This document shows positions 31,001 to 42,832 of a stretch of DNA of 64,000 nt, one piece after another. Below the pieces are notes generated by a model. That model saw only the letters and a program-made list of their open reading frames with translations, was not told where the DNA came from and made no database searches. The stretch comes from Macrostomum hystrix (lineage: Eukaryota > Animalia > Platyhelminthes), in contig CATNEN010000001.1 in NCBI GenBank assembly GCA_950097015.1, positions 6,572,001 through 6,636,000 of the forward strand, written 5' to 3'. The position numbers were made by a program, and so were the translations under genes. The first letter of the stretch is position 1, and the number at the start of each line of letters is the position of its first letter.

Positions 31001-32851
31001 GCGAAATCGAGCTCTCGGTCGCTCACTCGTTTGAAAATTTTTGCTTTTCGGCTCCCTTAAAAGCTGAGGACTTGAACGAAAATGCACCCACAATTTTTCA
31101 TTCGTCGCATCTACTGCCTAAAGCGCTGTTCATTATAATTATTCGAATACGATTACTAACCTAGCAATCTTGTGCTGAATAACCTGCAGAAATGGTGCGA
31201 TAAGCAGGATTTCCGAGTCTGTTAGGCGCTGCTGCGAGCTCTTCATGGCATGGTAATAAGACAGGACGGCTTTCATAGCGTACCAGGCACCAGTAGAACC
31301 GTGCATGTCCTTCAGGCTCGGCTCCTTTGATAGAATCTGTTTGCAACGCTCGCTAATTCCATAGTCGTCTATTGAGATTGCTTGCTGCGGATTAGAGTGC
31401 AGCATGCGCTGGTACTGCTGCAGCACTGCGAGAATGACGAAATAAGTAATTGGTAGGAATATTTGTTTTAGTAGGCTGCTGGAAGACGTGAATCGTTTTC
31501 ACAATATTAAAGAGGCCACAAAAGAGTGACAGAAAGTAAAAGTGGTACACTTAAATCGATAGCCCAACCAGATACTGAGGGACGGCCCACAAGAAACAGA
31601 GTGACAGTAATAATACTTGCAGGAGGGCTGCGGGCAATGGCACACCATTTGGTGACACTTGACCCGCAGCAAGGAGGCAATTCCGCCCATTAGGCTGACT
31701 CCTGAGCACACACGCACACAGATACCGAACGCAGAAATTCGCTTACACAGGGTGTCTATACATCTGCCCTGACTTTCTCATCGTGTCGAGAGAGACTGTT
31801 AAAGCTGCATCCTTAAATGAATGTAGCCTCGAAACGGAATCGAGCTTAGAAACCTTGGTGCGAGAGGCAAACGCGTTAGTCGTTCTCCCATTCATCCCCC
31901 ACCACTGAGTGACAGCTCATTAGATCGAAGCTCAACTGACAGCCCTGCAGAAGTGAAGACCATCAGAAACTGAGTGACAGCCAAAAAGAAATGCTTCATA
32001 TAAAGGGAGTGAAATTCCGCAATAGAAGATCTTAAGAAACCGACGATAAGCAATGCAATTCGAAGACACAGAGAAGCTTGCTCACCGTACTCATTGGTGT
32101 AGTATACACGCCAGACGTGCAGTCGCAGTCCAGTTGGAAGCGATTGATTTAGGAATCGCACAAACTGGGCCTTGAGATCCGGCCATTTGTACAGCAGCGA
32201 CACGATGCCCTCAACAACGCCTGCATGGATCGCTTCTGATCGGGTCTGGTAGGGGCTGTTCAATTCAAACTCCTTGCTCACCTGGTCGTTTAAGTTTGTC
32301 TCAGTAGCGCGAGATAAGGCGTGGAAAAGGTTCTGATGAGATTCACCTAAGTGGAGTTTAAAATAGAAAATATATATACAAATGTATTAAACAGGGATGA
32401 TTTTTTACTAAGGGCAACCGCGCGAGAAAGCAAACTAAAATGTAGCTTTTCAAAAAAGATAATTTTAGACAACTTCTTATTGCATTTTCAATTCCTCACT
32501 TCCAGCCAGCATTCGAAGACCCTTCTCCTCAAAGAGAATTTTCTCAGCTTCTGACAAGTCTGTGAACTGTTGAACGTGACTCTCGACTAACTGCTGCTGA
32601 ATTGCGTCCTGCAGTTCACCAAGAAAGCCGTTCCATTCCTGCAATAAAAAACATGGTGTAAGAATCTAATTGTTAGCAATTTGGCAGTTAGCAGTTAGCA
32701 ATCATAGCAATTACTGTGGCTTTGGTTTAGGGCCACTTCTTTATGTTATAAGCTGCTAAAAGAGACTTTTATCCGCTACCTTTGTCGTAGCAACATCATC
32801 CACCGACTGATTCAACCACAAAGGACTTTTTGAGTCAAATACGTGCGCCAT
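28001..32851 (-). CDS. Uncharacterised protein with a TBC/Rab-GAP-like region and C-terminal coiled coil. Exons 32780-32851, 32500-32638, 32086-32346, 31161-31425, 30207-30511, 29712-29857, 29494-29641, 28519-29136, 28001-28245
   Basis: Nine GT-AG exons join in frame from MAHVFDSKSPLW to DLDNEKKY*. SLPTGLRLHVWR and FVG/ILSMDALLFIWDQYVV resemble TBC-domain start and end motifs; E/R-rich heptads follow. The gene structure is confident, the function tentative. Confidence 0.72.
30715..31020 (-). mobile_element. SINE family A copy
   Basis: Reverse complement of the consensus body; ATAATAATAA tail. Confidence 0.8.
31610..31895 (-). mobile_element. SINE family A copy (internal deletion)
   Basis: GGGCTGCGGGCAATGG...CTCCTGAGCACACACGCAC...GGAATCGAGC. 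Confidence 0.72.
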
Positions 32852-33234
32852 TTTCGTAGCTGCTGAAAAGAATGTGAGGTGATCTCGATTATGAAAATAT
32901 TTCTTCCAAGTTTATTTTGAATATTTCCTAAAATCGGTGAAGCTTTTTTAGAAGTATATTTACTAGTTTTTCTATTCAATTTTCACTAAATAAGCAATCT
33001 ATCTGACATACTATCTAACATTTTTTTATTTAACACTCTTAAGCTAAATATAACATTTTCTATTGTTATAATACCTTAAATGAGTTACTAGAACTTTAAA
33101 TTACACCGAACTTACGTATTTTGTCTAGGTTGTACACTGACAGTTCGTGATTTGTCATAATTCTATAAATTTACGTTGCTGTAACGTTTTAGTTTAATCT
33201 GCCACTACATTTTAAAGTTCAAGTGCCTTAAGTC

Positions 33235-36200
33235 ATGGTCTCTGAGGCGATTACTTCCGTTTTTCCTAACGATACTGATGTCGTGTCAGTTAAGGGTGGT
33301 TATGGTGTCATGTTAGGCACAATCATTTTCTTTAACATTTTGAATCGCGTCGTCAGCTACATCGGAGTTCCTGTAGCAGTTGTTAAGCATGCAGTAAATA
33401 AGGAGGAGGAAGCATGGAAGTGGAAGAATCTTTTGCTGTCCTGGATTCATGCATTTATTATTGGCCTTTGGGATATTTTGTGGTAAGAACTTTTTGTGTA
33501 GTTTACGAATTTTAATTGTGAACTATATTATATAACTCTGAATATTAGTTAAAATATTGTAATCGTCTGCTATTCACAAATTTTGAAATATATAGCCACT
33601 AACAATGTAGCTGAAGCCGGAAATATGCCTGAAATATAGTAATGTGGCCTAAGCTAAAGTTTGGCTACACTTGATTATAATCAACTTGATTATAATAGTT
33701 ACTATAGCTGTTAATCAAGTAATACTAAAAATGAAAACAATATGTCTATTGTTGTTTGTAATGTTGAAAATATTAAAAAGATGTTTGCTTCCATTTAATT
33801 GATCACCTTTTTGCAAATTAATTTTTTTTGTTTTTCTCTGAATGAATATAATTGACTTTTGTAACAACTACTTTTGTTATATTGAAAAAATGGATAGTTA
33901 GAGTGTAATAACTTGATATAGTAAATATAAAAAAATTATTGAGAAATATATAAAACAACTGCCTTTTTTATGTGTAACACCACTTACTGTGTTAGAGTGC
34001 CAGATTAGGGTAATGTATCATCAACCAAACAAGAATGTGTATTTTTTTAACTTCAAACCTAAGCTACAGATTTTCTATTTAAGATATGATGATAAATCAA
34101 AAGCCAAGTTATAGAAAGCAGTTACATCTTTCTAAAAAGTATCTACTTTTGCTATTTTGTCAAATAGAAAAAAATTTATTCCTTCTTTTTATCTAAAACC
34201 GAACAATGATTTTCATGTATCTTCAAACCAAACAGAATTTGATGTTTGGTTTTACAATTTGAGTGAGTGGTTTAATCTTATTTTAAGGAGTGAACTATCA
34301 TGAATTATGTAATTTGAAAGCATTTTCCATGCTCTATAAATAACTACATTTATGGTCATTTAATTGGCAAGCAACCATATACAATCTTCGTCTAAAGTAC
34401 ATACGGAAAAATGTTGTTAAAAAGTATGCTTTTGCAATAAAAATTTCTACTGAAACATCAAAATCTTTCTTTCCTCTTAATGCTTCATTGCACATCATGC
34501 CTCAGCTTGTAGATAATTTCTTCAACTTTCAAATGAGTTGTTCTGTGAAACACAATAGCTTGTTTCTGTCTTGTACGAGACCAAGGAAGGAGTCAAAATT
34601 CTTGTTCGGTTTTGAAGATACACTGTTCGGTTGATGATACATTACCCTATTTTTGGTTCCTAAATCTAGCCTTCACCTTATTTGTTTTTGAAATCTAATA
34701 ATTCTTATATTAAGCAATCTCTTTATCCCGTTTATCCCATTTTGACTGCTTAGAAGATAAGGTCAATTTATGCTATTGTCTCTTATTTATAGCTATAATT
34801 TGAAAGTTTATAAACTTTAGTATTATTATTATAAACTAGGATGTATAAAATATACTTTCATTTATAATTTAGCACCTCTTCTATGTAGCTACTTGCTTAA
34901 AAAAATTATTGTAGACAGGCTGCAGGCAATGGCCTATAATTAAGTGACACTAGGGATTAGACCTACCGCTAGGAATGGGGCAATTTTTTTCCGTCTATTC
35001 CATTGGCTCCTTACCATACAAGCATGAACAAAGACTGTTGGCATATATATATTCATAGATTTTTCTATCTATGCTTTCTTTCTCATTGTCAGAAAGTGTA
35101 TATTCTCACTGTGTACTTTTTAGGTTAGCCCTCAATGGCATGAATTGCACAATAAGCCCCATAACTTTCTCGTTAGGGCTGTACCCCCAAAAATGTTGCC
35201 TTGTTACCAATCAGACTCAGAGACTTTGGTACAAAAGGCAAGGGCATAAACCACTCTGCCACTTGACTTCAATAACTTATTATACATTTCAAGCCATTTT
35301 CAATCTATCCAAAGCAATCCAAACCAGACAGCCTTTCATTTTGTGACTTAGTGTCCCCATCTTAGCATTAGTATTCTTGGTCAATATTTTAGTTATAATA
35401 TTCAATTTTTTATAACTTTTTGTCTCATCTATAGGAGATGTTGTTGCCTAGTGGTTAGGGCGTTGTCGACTCACAACTTGAAGGTGGGTGTGGCGTCCCC
35501 CCCAGTCCAGTCCATGGACTGAAAAGCTGTACATAGCCTTCAGATGTGCCACGCAATAGCTGCGGCTGTGCTGTCGGCTGCACATCTGGCCCGATTGGGG
35601 CAGGTGTAATCAATTATTATTATTAATTATTTACTATATAACATTTTGTCTTATCTAATATAGACCCTATATAGAGATAAAAGTTCTAGAAATGAATTAG
35701 AAGCAGTCAGGTACACAATCAATATATATTCTAAACTGTACTTTTATTTGGTGTTAGTAGTGTTGTATTAAAAGCTATCTGCATTACAGAATTTTCCGCA
35801 TATTTGCTAATTGATGGGTACCTATTTAGGTTGTTATAACATTTTCTTGTGCTGATATTGTTCAAATGCATTTCTTCTATAGATGCATAAATATTATATT
35901 AAATCCTTTGTAGCTTTTACTACTATCCTGAGATATGGCAAGACCTAATCACACATATCACGCCATTCACCTACTACATGGTGGCTGTATCTACAGGTGA
36001 GATTTCATTTGAAATATAGCTAATCCTTGTTTTGTATTTACTTGCAACTACAGCCTTTTAAACCTGGGATTAAACAAGCTATACTCGTCACTAAATATAT
36101 GATACTTAGAAGCTTAGTTGATACTAAATGGGCTTTGAAAATATCCCTCTCTTTGAGTTGGGATTTAAATTTTTTGTACAACTCGCTCAGAATCCATTAA

Positions 36201-39200
36201 AATCCCAAAGGGTTTTTAGTAGCTCCCTAGTTTAGTAATGGTGAAAATTTGAATTATCTCATTCTAATTGAAAGATACTAAATATATATTCCCAAGGGGT
36301 CGGTGGCAGAGCAGTTAACGCGCTGGCCTCTCGCACCACGGTCCCTAAGTTCGATTCCACGGCGAGGCCACATTTAATTGGGGCGCGGCCGCTGTGAGAA
36401 GGCTTGGGGGCTTGTAGTGCAGTTTACGCCGTTGAGGGCCAACCACCAAGGCACAGTGAGAGTGTACACTGCCTGACGATGAGAAAGTCAGGGCAGATGT
36501 ACACACCTGTGTGAGTGTGTACCTGTGTACGGTATCAGTGTGCGTGTGTGCTCAGGAGTCAGCGAAATGGGCAGAATTGCCTCCTAGCTGGCGCGGGTTT
36601 AGTGCCAACAAATGATGGGCCATTGCCCGCAGCCCACCTGCAATTAATATTATTATTAATATATTCCCAAAAGTAATATTTTTAGACTCTTGTCCCAAAA
36701 GTGAGATTTCAAGTCCCATATAAAAATAAGTTTTTCCCCCTATAATTAAAGTATAATACCGTTACAGTAACAAAAGTGTACTATAGCTCATTAGAAATAA
36801 GTTGGCTTATTCATAAAAACAATAACCAATTTGCAGGCTATTTCATCTACGACTTTGGCGATCTGATTGTTCAAAAGAAAGTTTTAGAAATGTGGCAGCT
36901 AACATTGCATCATATTGCCGTAAGTTGTACATCAGCTAATGTTTGATTATCGATTGCTTCTGAGATTTCACAGTACCATTCTCCTCTATGCTTGTATTAT
37001 ACGAGTTAGCATATTGTATAGAAGTTAGCTCTAGTGTGTGTGTGTGGTAAACATATCAGTAGCTATGGTGGGGTTGCATTTTCTACAGTCTTTCTTTAAC
37101 ACGCTATTTTTTTCCTCTAGTGAAAGTCCAGGGTCTATTTCAGATATCCTACTTTGCAATAGCTCTGAAACTGAGTGACAGATTTCGTGAAAGTCCACTA
37201 TATGGATCAAAATTTTGCGCCCTTTACGTTGCGATTAACTTACTTTCAAAGTTGTCCGATGTCAGCATCGTCGAGTTATTCAGCAGCGATTCTTATCAAA
37301 GACCCTGATGACAAGCCTCTATGGCGAATCAATAAAAATGTAACAAATAAAAATTCCGGCATGGGGTTACATGATGAAATTTTGTTTGCAGCAAAATTAT
37401 GCCTAGATTTGTAAAAAGTGTTTGCATCCAGACACCCGGACGAGAATCGTTGAATATCTCGACGATGCCGACGTTTTGTGGTTCTGGAAGTTGTTTCATT
37501 GGATACAGTTGACAATTTTTTGTCTCTGTGTTGGATAGGGTTGCAATTGATTACATATTTTAGGAATTACAGGAAAGAAAGAGAAATATTTTTAAATACC
37601 CTTCTGCGGTCTTTCTACTCTACTAATATAAGAACAGAGAATTTAGTTCTCCTATTTAAAAGTTCTGTCCTACTAGAAAAGCTTGAGTAGCTAGGAGCTA
37701 TTTGTGGCTTATAGGGTTAAGGTCACACCGGCCGTAGTTTTGGTGGCACCACTTTTTCTGTAATCCAAGTAAGTGTTCTGCAAATACTGCTAGCTAGACA
37801 CGCCACCTCTTTAGTCTTTACTTAAAAAAAATTGTACAAATTCTATGAGCGAGTTATAATGCTGACTAAAATTTAGTCGATAAAATGAACTGCTAGTGAA
37901 CTCAATGCAGTAGAGACAGGACAGTAAGGTATGAACTTCAATGCGAACACATGCACTGCTAGTCAGGAAGAGAGAGAGAGACAGAAAGAGAACATGAAAA
38001 ACTCTCGCGCTTACAATTTCATTTTCGTTGGTTTGTGTTATTCTCTTCAACTCGCCCTCACAGTGCATAAGATCTTGCTTTGAGTATATTCTAGGCATGT
38101 AATACGTATTTATATGTGTGCTCATGTTAGCCCCCCGAATTTGTTCCCGCACGATGATTGCGTTCTGAGCTCTCGTCTCCCTCCTCTCTCCCCCCTCTCT
38201 CCAATTCTTATCTTCCCCCCTCATAGCCACAGATTGCTGCTTTGTCGGGCGATTTATTACTGAACTGGCTGGACTACAAGAGTTGAATGTTTATAGTAGC
38301 TCTAGGGAAAACGAAATGAAGGACTGGGTGGTGTGAGGAGTGCCACTGAAGAGAGAGAGAGAGAGGTTATTAGAACCAGAAGAAGGCTATTACTGGCGAA
38401 TATTAGTTTCTCACTAAAAAGTACGCATACGTTTTAGTAAAATTTATGGGTTGAAGCCTTGTAGTTAGACTTGCAGGTCGGGGGTTCGATTCCTGACTCC
38501 ACTGAAACAATTTGTATATATTTTTCATGAGACTTAGCTCTGCATTGCTTCAGTTCATCCAGCTGTTAAACGGGTACTAGCATTAGCTGGGGTAATTGAA
38601 GGTAGGTGTGCAGTACCCCCAGTCCATGGACAGAACAGCCGTGCACAGCTGTAGATGCGCCCAGTAATAGCTGCGGCTGTGCTGTCGGCTGCACATCTGG
38701 CCCAATCAATCATTTCCAATAATATTATCATTATAATAGAATTTAACTTTTTTCTAATGGGATAAATAATTTATTAACATTCACCATCGAAATGGAAAAC
38801 TTGAGCAATATAAGTTTACTCATGAACAAATGATTGATATAACAAAGTAAAAATGGATAGACTTTTCAGCTTTTATTTGGCTTTATTAATCAGCTAAAAT
38901 TTAGTTTACCAAATCAGAAATCAGATAACCCAATAAGGATGTTTGCTATTGGTGCTATTTTTAGAATCACTTGTCGGGAAACCCCTTTAAATGGAATCAC
39001 GTGACTTCTGGAGTCACGTGACGAGTCACACAAATATTTCTACCCTAGCCATGCTATTATTTGTAGGTCACGTCAATGTTCTTCTACAATCTGACAACTA
39101 GAAGATGCGTCGCTTACAATGTGGTAGCGCTGATGGCCGAAATAAATTCATTCTTTTTGCACTCTCGCAAGCTGATGCAGATGCAACAATTTAAATTCAG

Positions 39201-39573
39201 CAGCAAATTGTATCGAATTAACGCCGTCATCAATTTGTTAACATTCCTATTTTGTCGCGGCTTCGGCCTCGGCCGAATCACCTACGGCATGATGATTGAG
39301 GGCGAACGAGTCGATACAATGTACTTTTACACCCTAACCGGATCCATGTTCATCATGAACTTGATCAATCCCGGACTATTTATAATCCTATTGAAGAATG
39401 ACTTTCTTAGAAAGGATTATCACAACTCGCCGGCAAAGAAATTGAAGTGTGACGACGACGATACGACAAAAGTGGGTCAGAATGGCCTTCACCCGACAGC
39501 CTCTACTGAATCGCTGCCTGGTTACAGCCGACTGCTTGCCGAGGGTAGCATCGATTCTAACAAAATTGACTGA
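33235..39573 (+). CDS. TLC domain-containing protein (TLCD1/TLCD2-like); exons 33235-33482, 35914-35996, 36837-36919, 39067-39573
   Basis: WKWKNLLLSWIHA; STGYFIYDFGD; LTLHHIA; ALMAEINSFFLHSRKL; TFLFCR are TLC/TMEM56-family motifs; splice phases consistent. Confidence 0.88.
34007..34648. mobile_element. MITE with ~25-bp TIRs
   Basis: AGGGTAATGTATCATCAACCAAACA ... TGTTCGGTTGATGATACATTACCCT; flanked by ATT/ATT (or TA/TA); internal AACC(G/A)AACA motifs. Confidence 0.75.
34915..35255 (-). mobile_element. Old degenerate SINE family A copy
   Basis: GGCTGCAGGCAATGG...GTGACACTAG...TTTCTCATTGTCAG..AGTGTATATTCTCACTGTG. Confidence 0.55.
35433..35630 (+). mobile_element. SINE family B copy (internally deleted)
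   Basis: TTGCCTAGTGGTTAGG A box; GGTGGGTGTGGCGTCCCCCCAGTCCA; (ATT)n tail. Confidence 0.72.
36298..36655 (+). mobile_element. tRNA-derived SINE family A, full-length, best copy
   Basis: Pol III A box TGGCAGAGCAGTT; B box GTTCGATTCC; ~350-bp body; (ATT)n tail; at least 8 copies in the window. Confidence 0.85.
37131..37600 (-). mobile_element. ~470-bp non-autonomous TIR element related to 11409-13051
   Basis: GGGTCTATTTCAGATATCC...AAATATTTTTAAATACCC termini; internal inverted motif GCATCGTCGAG(T/A)TATTCA; both arms homologous to the flanks of the transposase at 11820. Confidence 0.6.
38448..38735 (+). mobile_element. SINE family B copy
   Basis: GGGGGTTCGATTCC; CORE-like GACTTAGCTCTGCATTGCTTCAGTTCATCCAGCTG; conserved 3' end. 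Confidence 0.78.
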
Positions 39574-40924
39574 AATAAACTTAAATATATCCGCAAAAAT
39601 TAGTAATCTTCGAAACTACCCATAGCAAACTTTACTCTAAAATTTGTGTCATAATTGAAAAGAAACTACTTACGTCCGGGCAAATATGTTCACTGTTTTT
39701 TGTGAAAATCGAAAAAATTGTACACCTTTTGTTGCTATTTTAACTGATCCTTATTATATTTGAAGCTTTAAGAAATTAATTAATCTGTTGCTTTTCTGTA
39801 TTTCTCATTTCAGTTTCTATTCTTAACGGATTTATTTAACTTAAATGTTTTAAGTAGAAGTTTCCTTTCGATGTCTCGCTAAATTGCATAGTTAATTTGT
39901 ATCTTTATTATTAACTGTCACATTTTGTAACTGACTTAATCTGTTAATTATGCAATACATTCTAAAATATCCACAATGACCACTGTTAGCAGTTTTAGTT
40001 GAGATTAGATGATAAACTTACTACTTATTTAAGCGTTCAGTAGTGTTGTTTGCTTTCTATTTTATAATTCTGCAGGAGCAGAGTGTTTAGCTCTATTCTA
40101 GGAAAATTATTGTACTTTAAAGTTTACTTAGTAGAATATTCTTTGTCTCTTTGTTGTATCACTTAATCTTTTTTATTCGATTTCTAATTTTTTTATTGCA
40201 AGTCATGCGTAAATTGTATTTTACAAAGAGCCCTCAGCAGTTTGTGCTTATTTTTTACATAGAATTCTTCTATTTATCTTTTTTGCGTATCTGGTAATGC
40301 TAATCGTGCTTAATTATTCATAATCCATTTTCTATCTATATATTCTTGCTAGTGCAATGCTAGAAAAAAATTAGCAATGCCGAGTCTATTTTCAAAGAAA
40401 GATTTCTATTTTCTATGTTGCTTCTATTGACTAATGAAGTTAAAGTTATCTAAATTTGCCTACATACTTAAAGTGAACAGCTGTTACTGGATAGTAGTCT
40501 ACATCAACATTATTTGCTTCTTAACAGCAAAGGAAGGTGCACATGATCAGTTTTAAAGTAGAGAGTGTCAGAAGAATACATAGAATGCGATTGTTATCTA
40601 GTTATTCCAGTTTTTGGTAGTCGTTTTTTGCCGTTTCTTTAACGTCTCGTCTCAGTGATTGTTGTTTCAATTCAATTCATTACTACATCTCTAGTTTCTT
40701 TTATCGACATGAATACTTACTACTGTTTTTAGTTAGAGTAAATTGCCTTTTTTCATTTTTTCGTATTTTGCTAAATGCCAAAGAAATTACGACTATTTTT
40801 TTCGGGTGCAAATGATATCGTTTTCTATTTAATATCTTTGTGTACGAAAAAGTCGTTTTAGTGCCCCACAAATTTGGTTTAAAGACTGTACACGTAGACA
40901 AACTCTATCCACTTCTACCCCTCC

Positions 40925-41700
40925 AGAGTGTACACTGGCCAAGGCCAACATCAACAAACTCCTACCATTCTAGACTGTACACTGGCCAAGGCCAACCTCA
41001 ACAAACTCCTACCCTTCTACACTGTACACTGGCCAAGGTCAACATCAACAAACTCCTACCCTTCTAGACTCTACACTGGCCAAGGCCAACCTCAACAAAC
41101 TCCTACCCTTCTAGGCTGTACACTGGCCAAGGCCAACATTAACAAACTCCTACCCTTCTAGACTGTACACTGGCCAAGGCCAACCTCAACAAACTCCTAC
41201 CCTTCTAGACTGTACACTGGCCAAGGCCAACATCAACAAACTCCTACCCTTCTAGACTGTACACTGGCCAAGGCCAACCTCAAAAAACTCCTACCCTTCT
41301 AGACTGTACACTGGCCAAGGCCAACCTCAACAAACTCCTACCCTTCTACACTGTACACTGGCCAAGGTCAACATCAACAAACTCCTACCCTTCTACACTG
41401 TACACTGGCCAAGGTCAACATCAACAAACTCCTACCCTTCTAGGCTGTACACTGGCCAAGGCCAACATTAACAAACTCCTACCCTTCTAGACTGTACACT
41501 GGCCAAGGCCAACCTCAACAAACTCCTACCCTTCTAGGCTGTACACTGGCCAAGGCCAACATCAACAAACTCCTACCCTTCTAGACTGTACACTGGCCAA
41601 GGCCAACCTCAACAAAATCCTACCCTTCTAGACTGTACACTGGCCAAGGCCAACATCAACAAACTCCTACCCTTCTAGACTGTACACTGGCCAAGGCCAT
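40925..41700. repeat. 47-bp minisatellite (CTAGACTGTACACTGGCCAAGGCCAACATCAACAAACTCCTACCCTT)
   Basis: ~16 tandem copies, intergenic. Confidence 0.95.
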
Positions 41701-42449
41701 TACATCCAATCACATTGCCAGTGTTAATTTGTCAGTGCCAGTGATAATTTATTACAATAATTTAGCTTTCAAATATACTTAATCACAGTTGACAGGTGTT
41801 ATCCAAGTTAGCAATTATTGCATGGGATATTGTGGCACTAGTTGCTGTGGTGTAACTATTTTTTTGCTAATATTTATTAATTTTACTTTTACCTTCTAAT
41901 GTAGGATTTCGAGTTAGTCTATTTCTATCGCTGAAGTTCATATGTATTTTATATTTTGATAAAAATTACTGCTTTAATCATTGCGACTTGGCCCTAAGCA
42001 GAACTATCACAGCCGATAATCCCTTCGTGTTCTATTCTTTTTGCTTACATTTTTAATAGTACTATTAGTAGCGCTCGCCAATAGAATTGATTTTTTATTA
42101 TCAAAAGTAAACAAAGACTTGCTGTTTTCAAATGACAGCATGTCGTCCTTATTGTTTTATTCCTTCTCTAATAAGTGAAGCTTATCAAAAACGCTTAAAT
42201 TTTCCCAATGGCCCAAGCTTATAAATGTATTTCTTATTTATTATAATAACAGTTAATGTTTAATTGTACTATGATAAATTTGCGTCATACATATGAAATT
42301 GCATATGAAATGCGTGTTGGTTGGCTGTTTACGAATGCGTATGCCAATCATTTACAAATGCTTCTTTGCTTGTTTGTTTTTGCTTTATTTTTATATTAAC
42401 ATTTTAAATAGAACTTAGTATTTGTATTTATATATGCATCAGGGTAGTG

Positions 42450-42660
42450 GGCCCTCATTTCGCTGACTCCTACGGTAAGGTATTTTCTCTCATCGTCAGG
42501 CAGTGTACACTCTGACTGTAGCTTAGAGGTTGGCCACAAAGGGCGCGAATTGCACGACAAGCCACCGAGCCTTCTCTCTGCGGCTGCGCCCCAAATGAAT
42601 GTGGCCTCGACACGGAATGGAGCTCAAGTGCCTTGGTGCGGGAGGCAAACGCTCTGCCTT
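42450..42660 (-). mobile_element. SINE family A, partial copy
   Basis: GGCAGTGTACACTCTG...CTGCGCCCCAAATGAATGTGGCCTCG. Confidence 0.7.
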
Positions 42661-42832
42661 AGATATATACGATAGTAATCATATTAGGACTAGATGTAAA
42701 GCCTGAGGCACAGCCGCAGCTATTGATTAGTAATCAATAGGTTTAGCTGCTTAGATTGCAACCCGAGGCATTGTAGATCACGTGATCATAAAAGTTTCTT
42801 CCGCTCCAGCAGTTCTACTTAAAGCTACAGCA

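Noticed and set aside
36298-36375. tRNA gene
   Set aside because: The A/B boxes are followed by a ~280-bp repeated body and a tail, so it is a SINE head rather than a complete cloverleaf
40925-41700. CRISPR-like array
   Set aside because: Contiguous 47-bp tandem units without unique spacers; eukaryotic context; no cas genes
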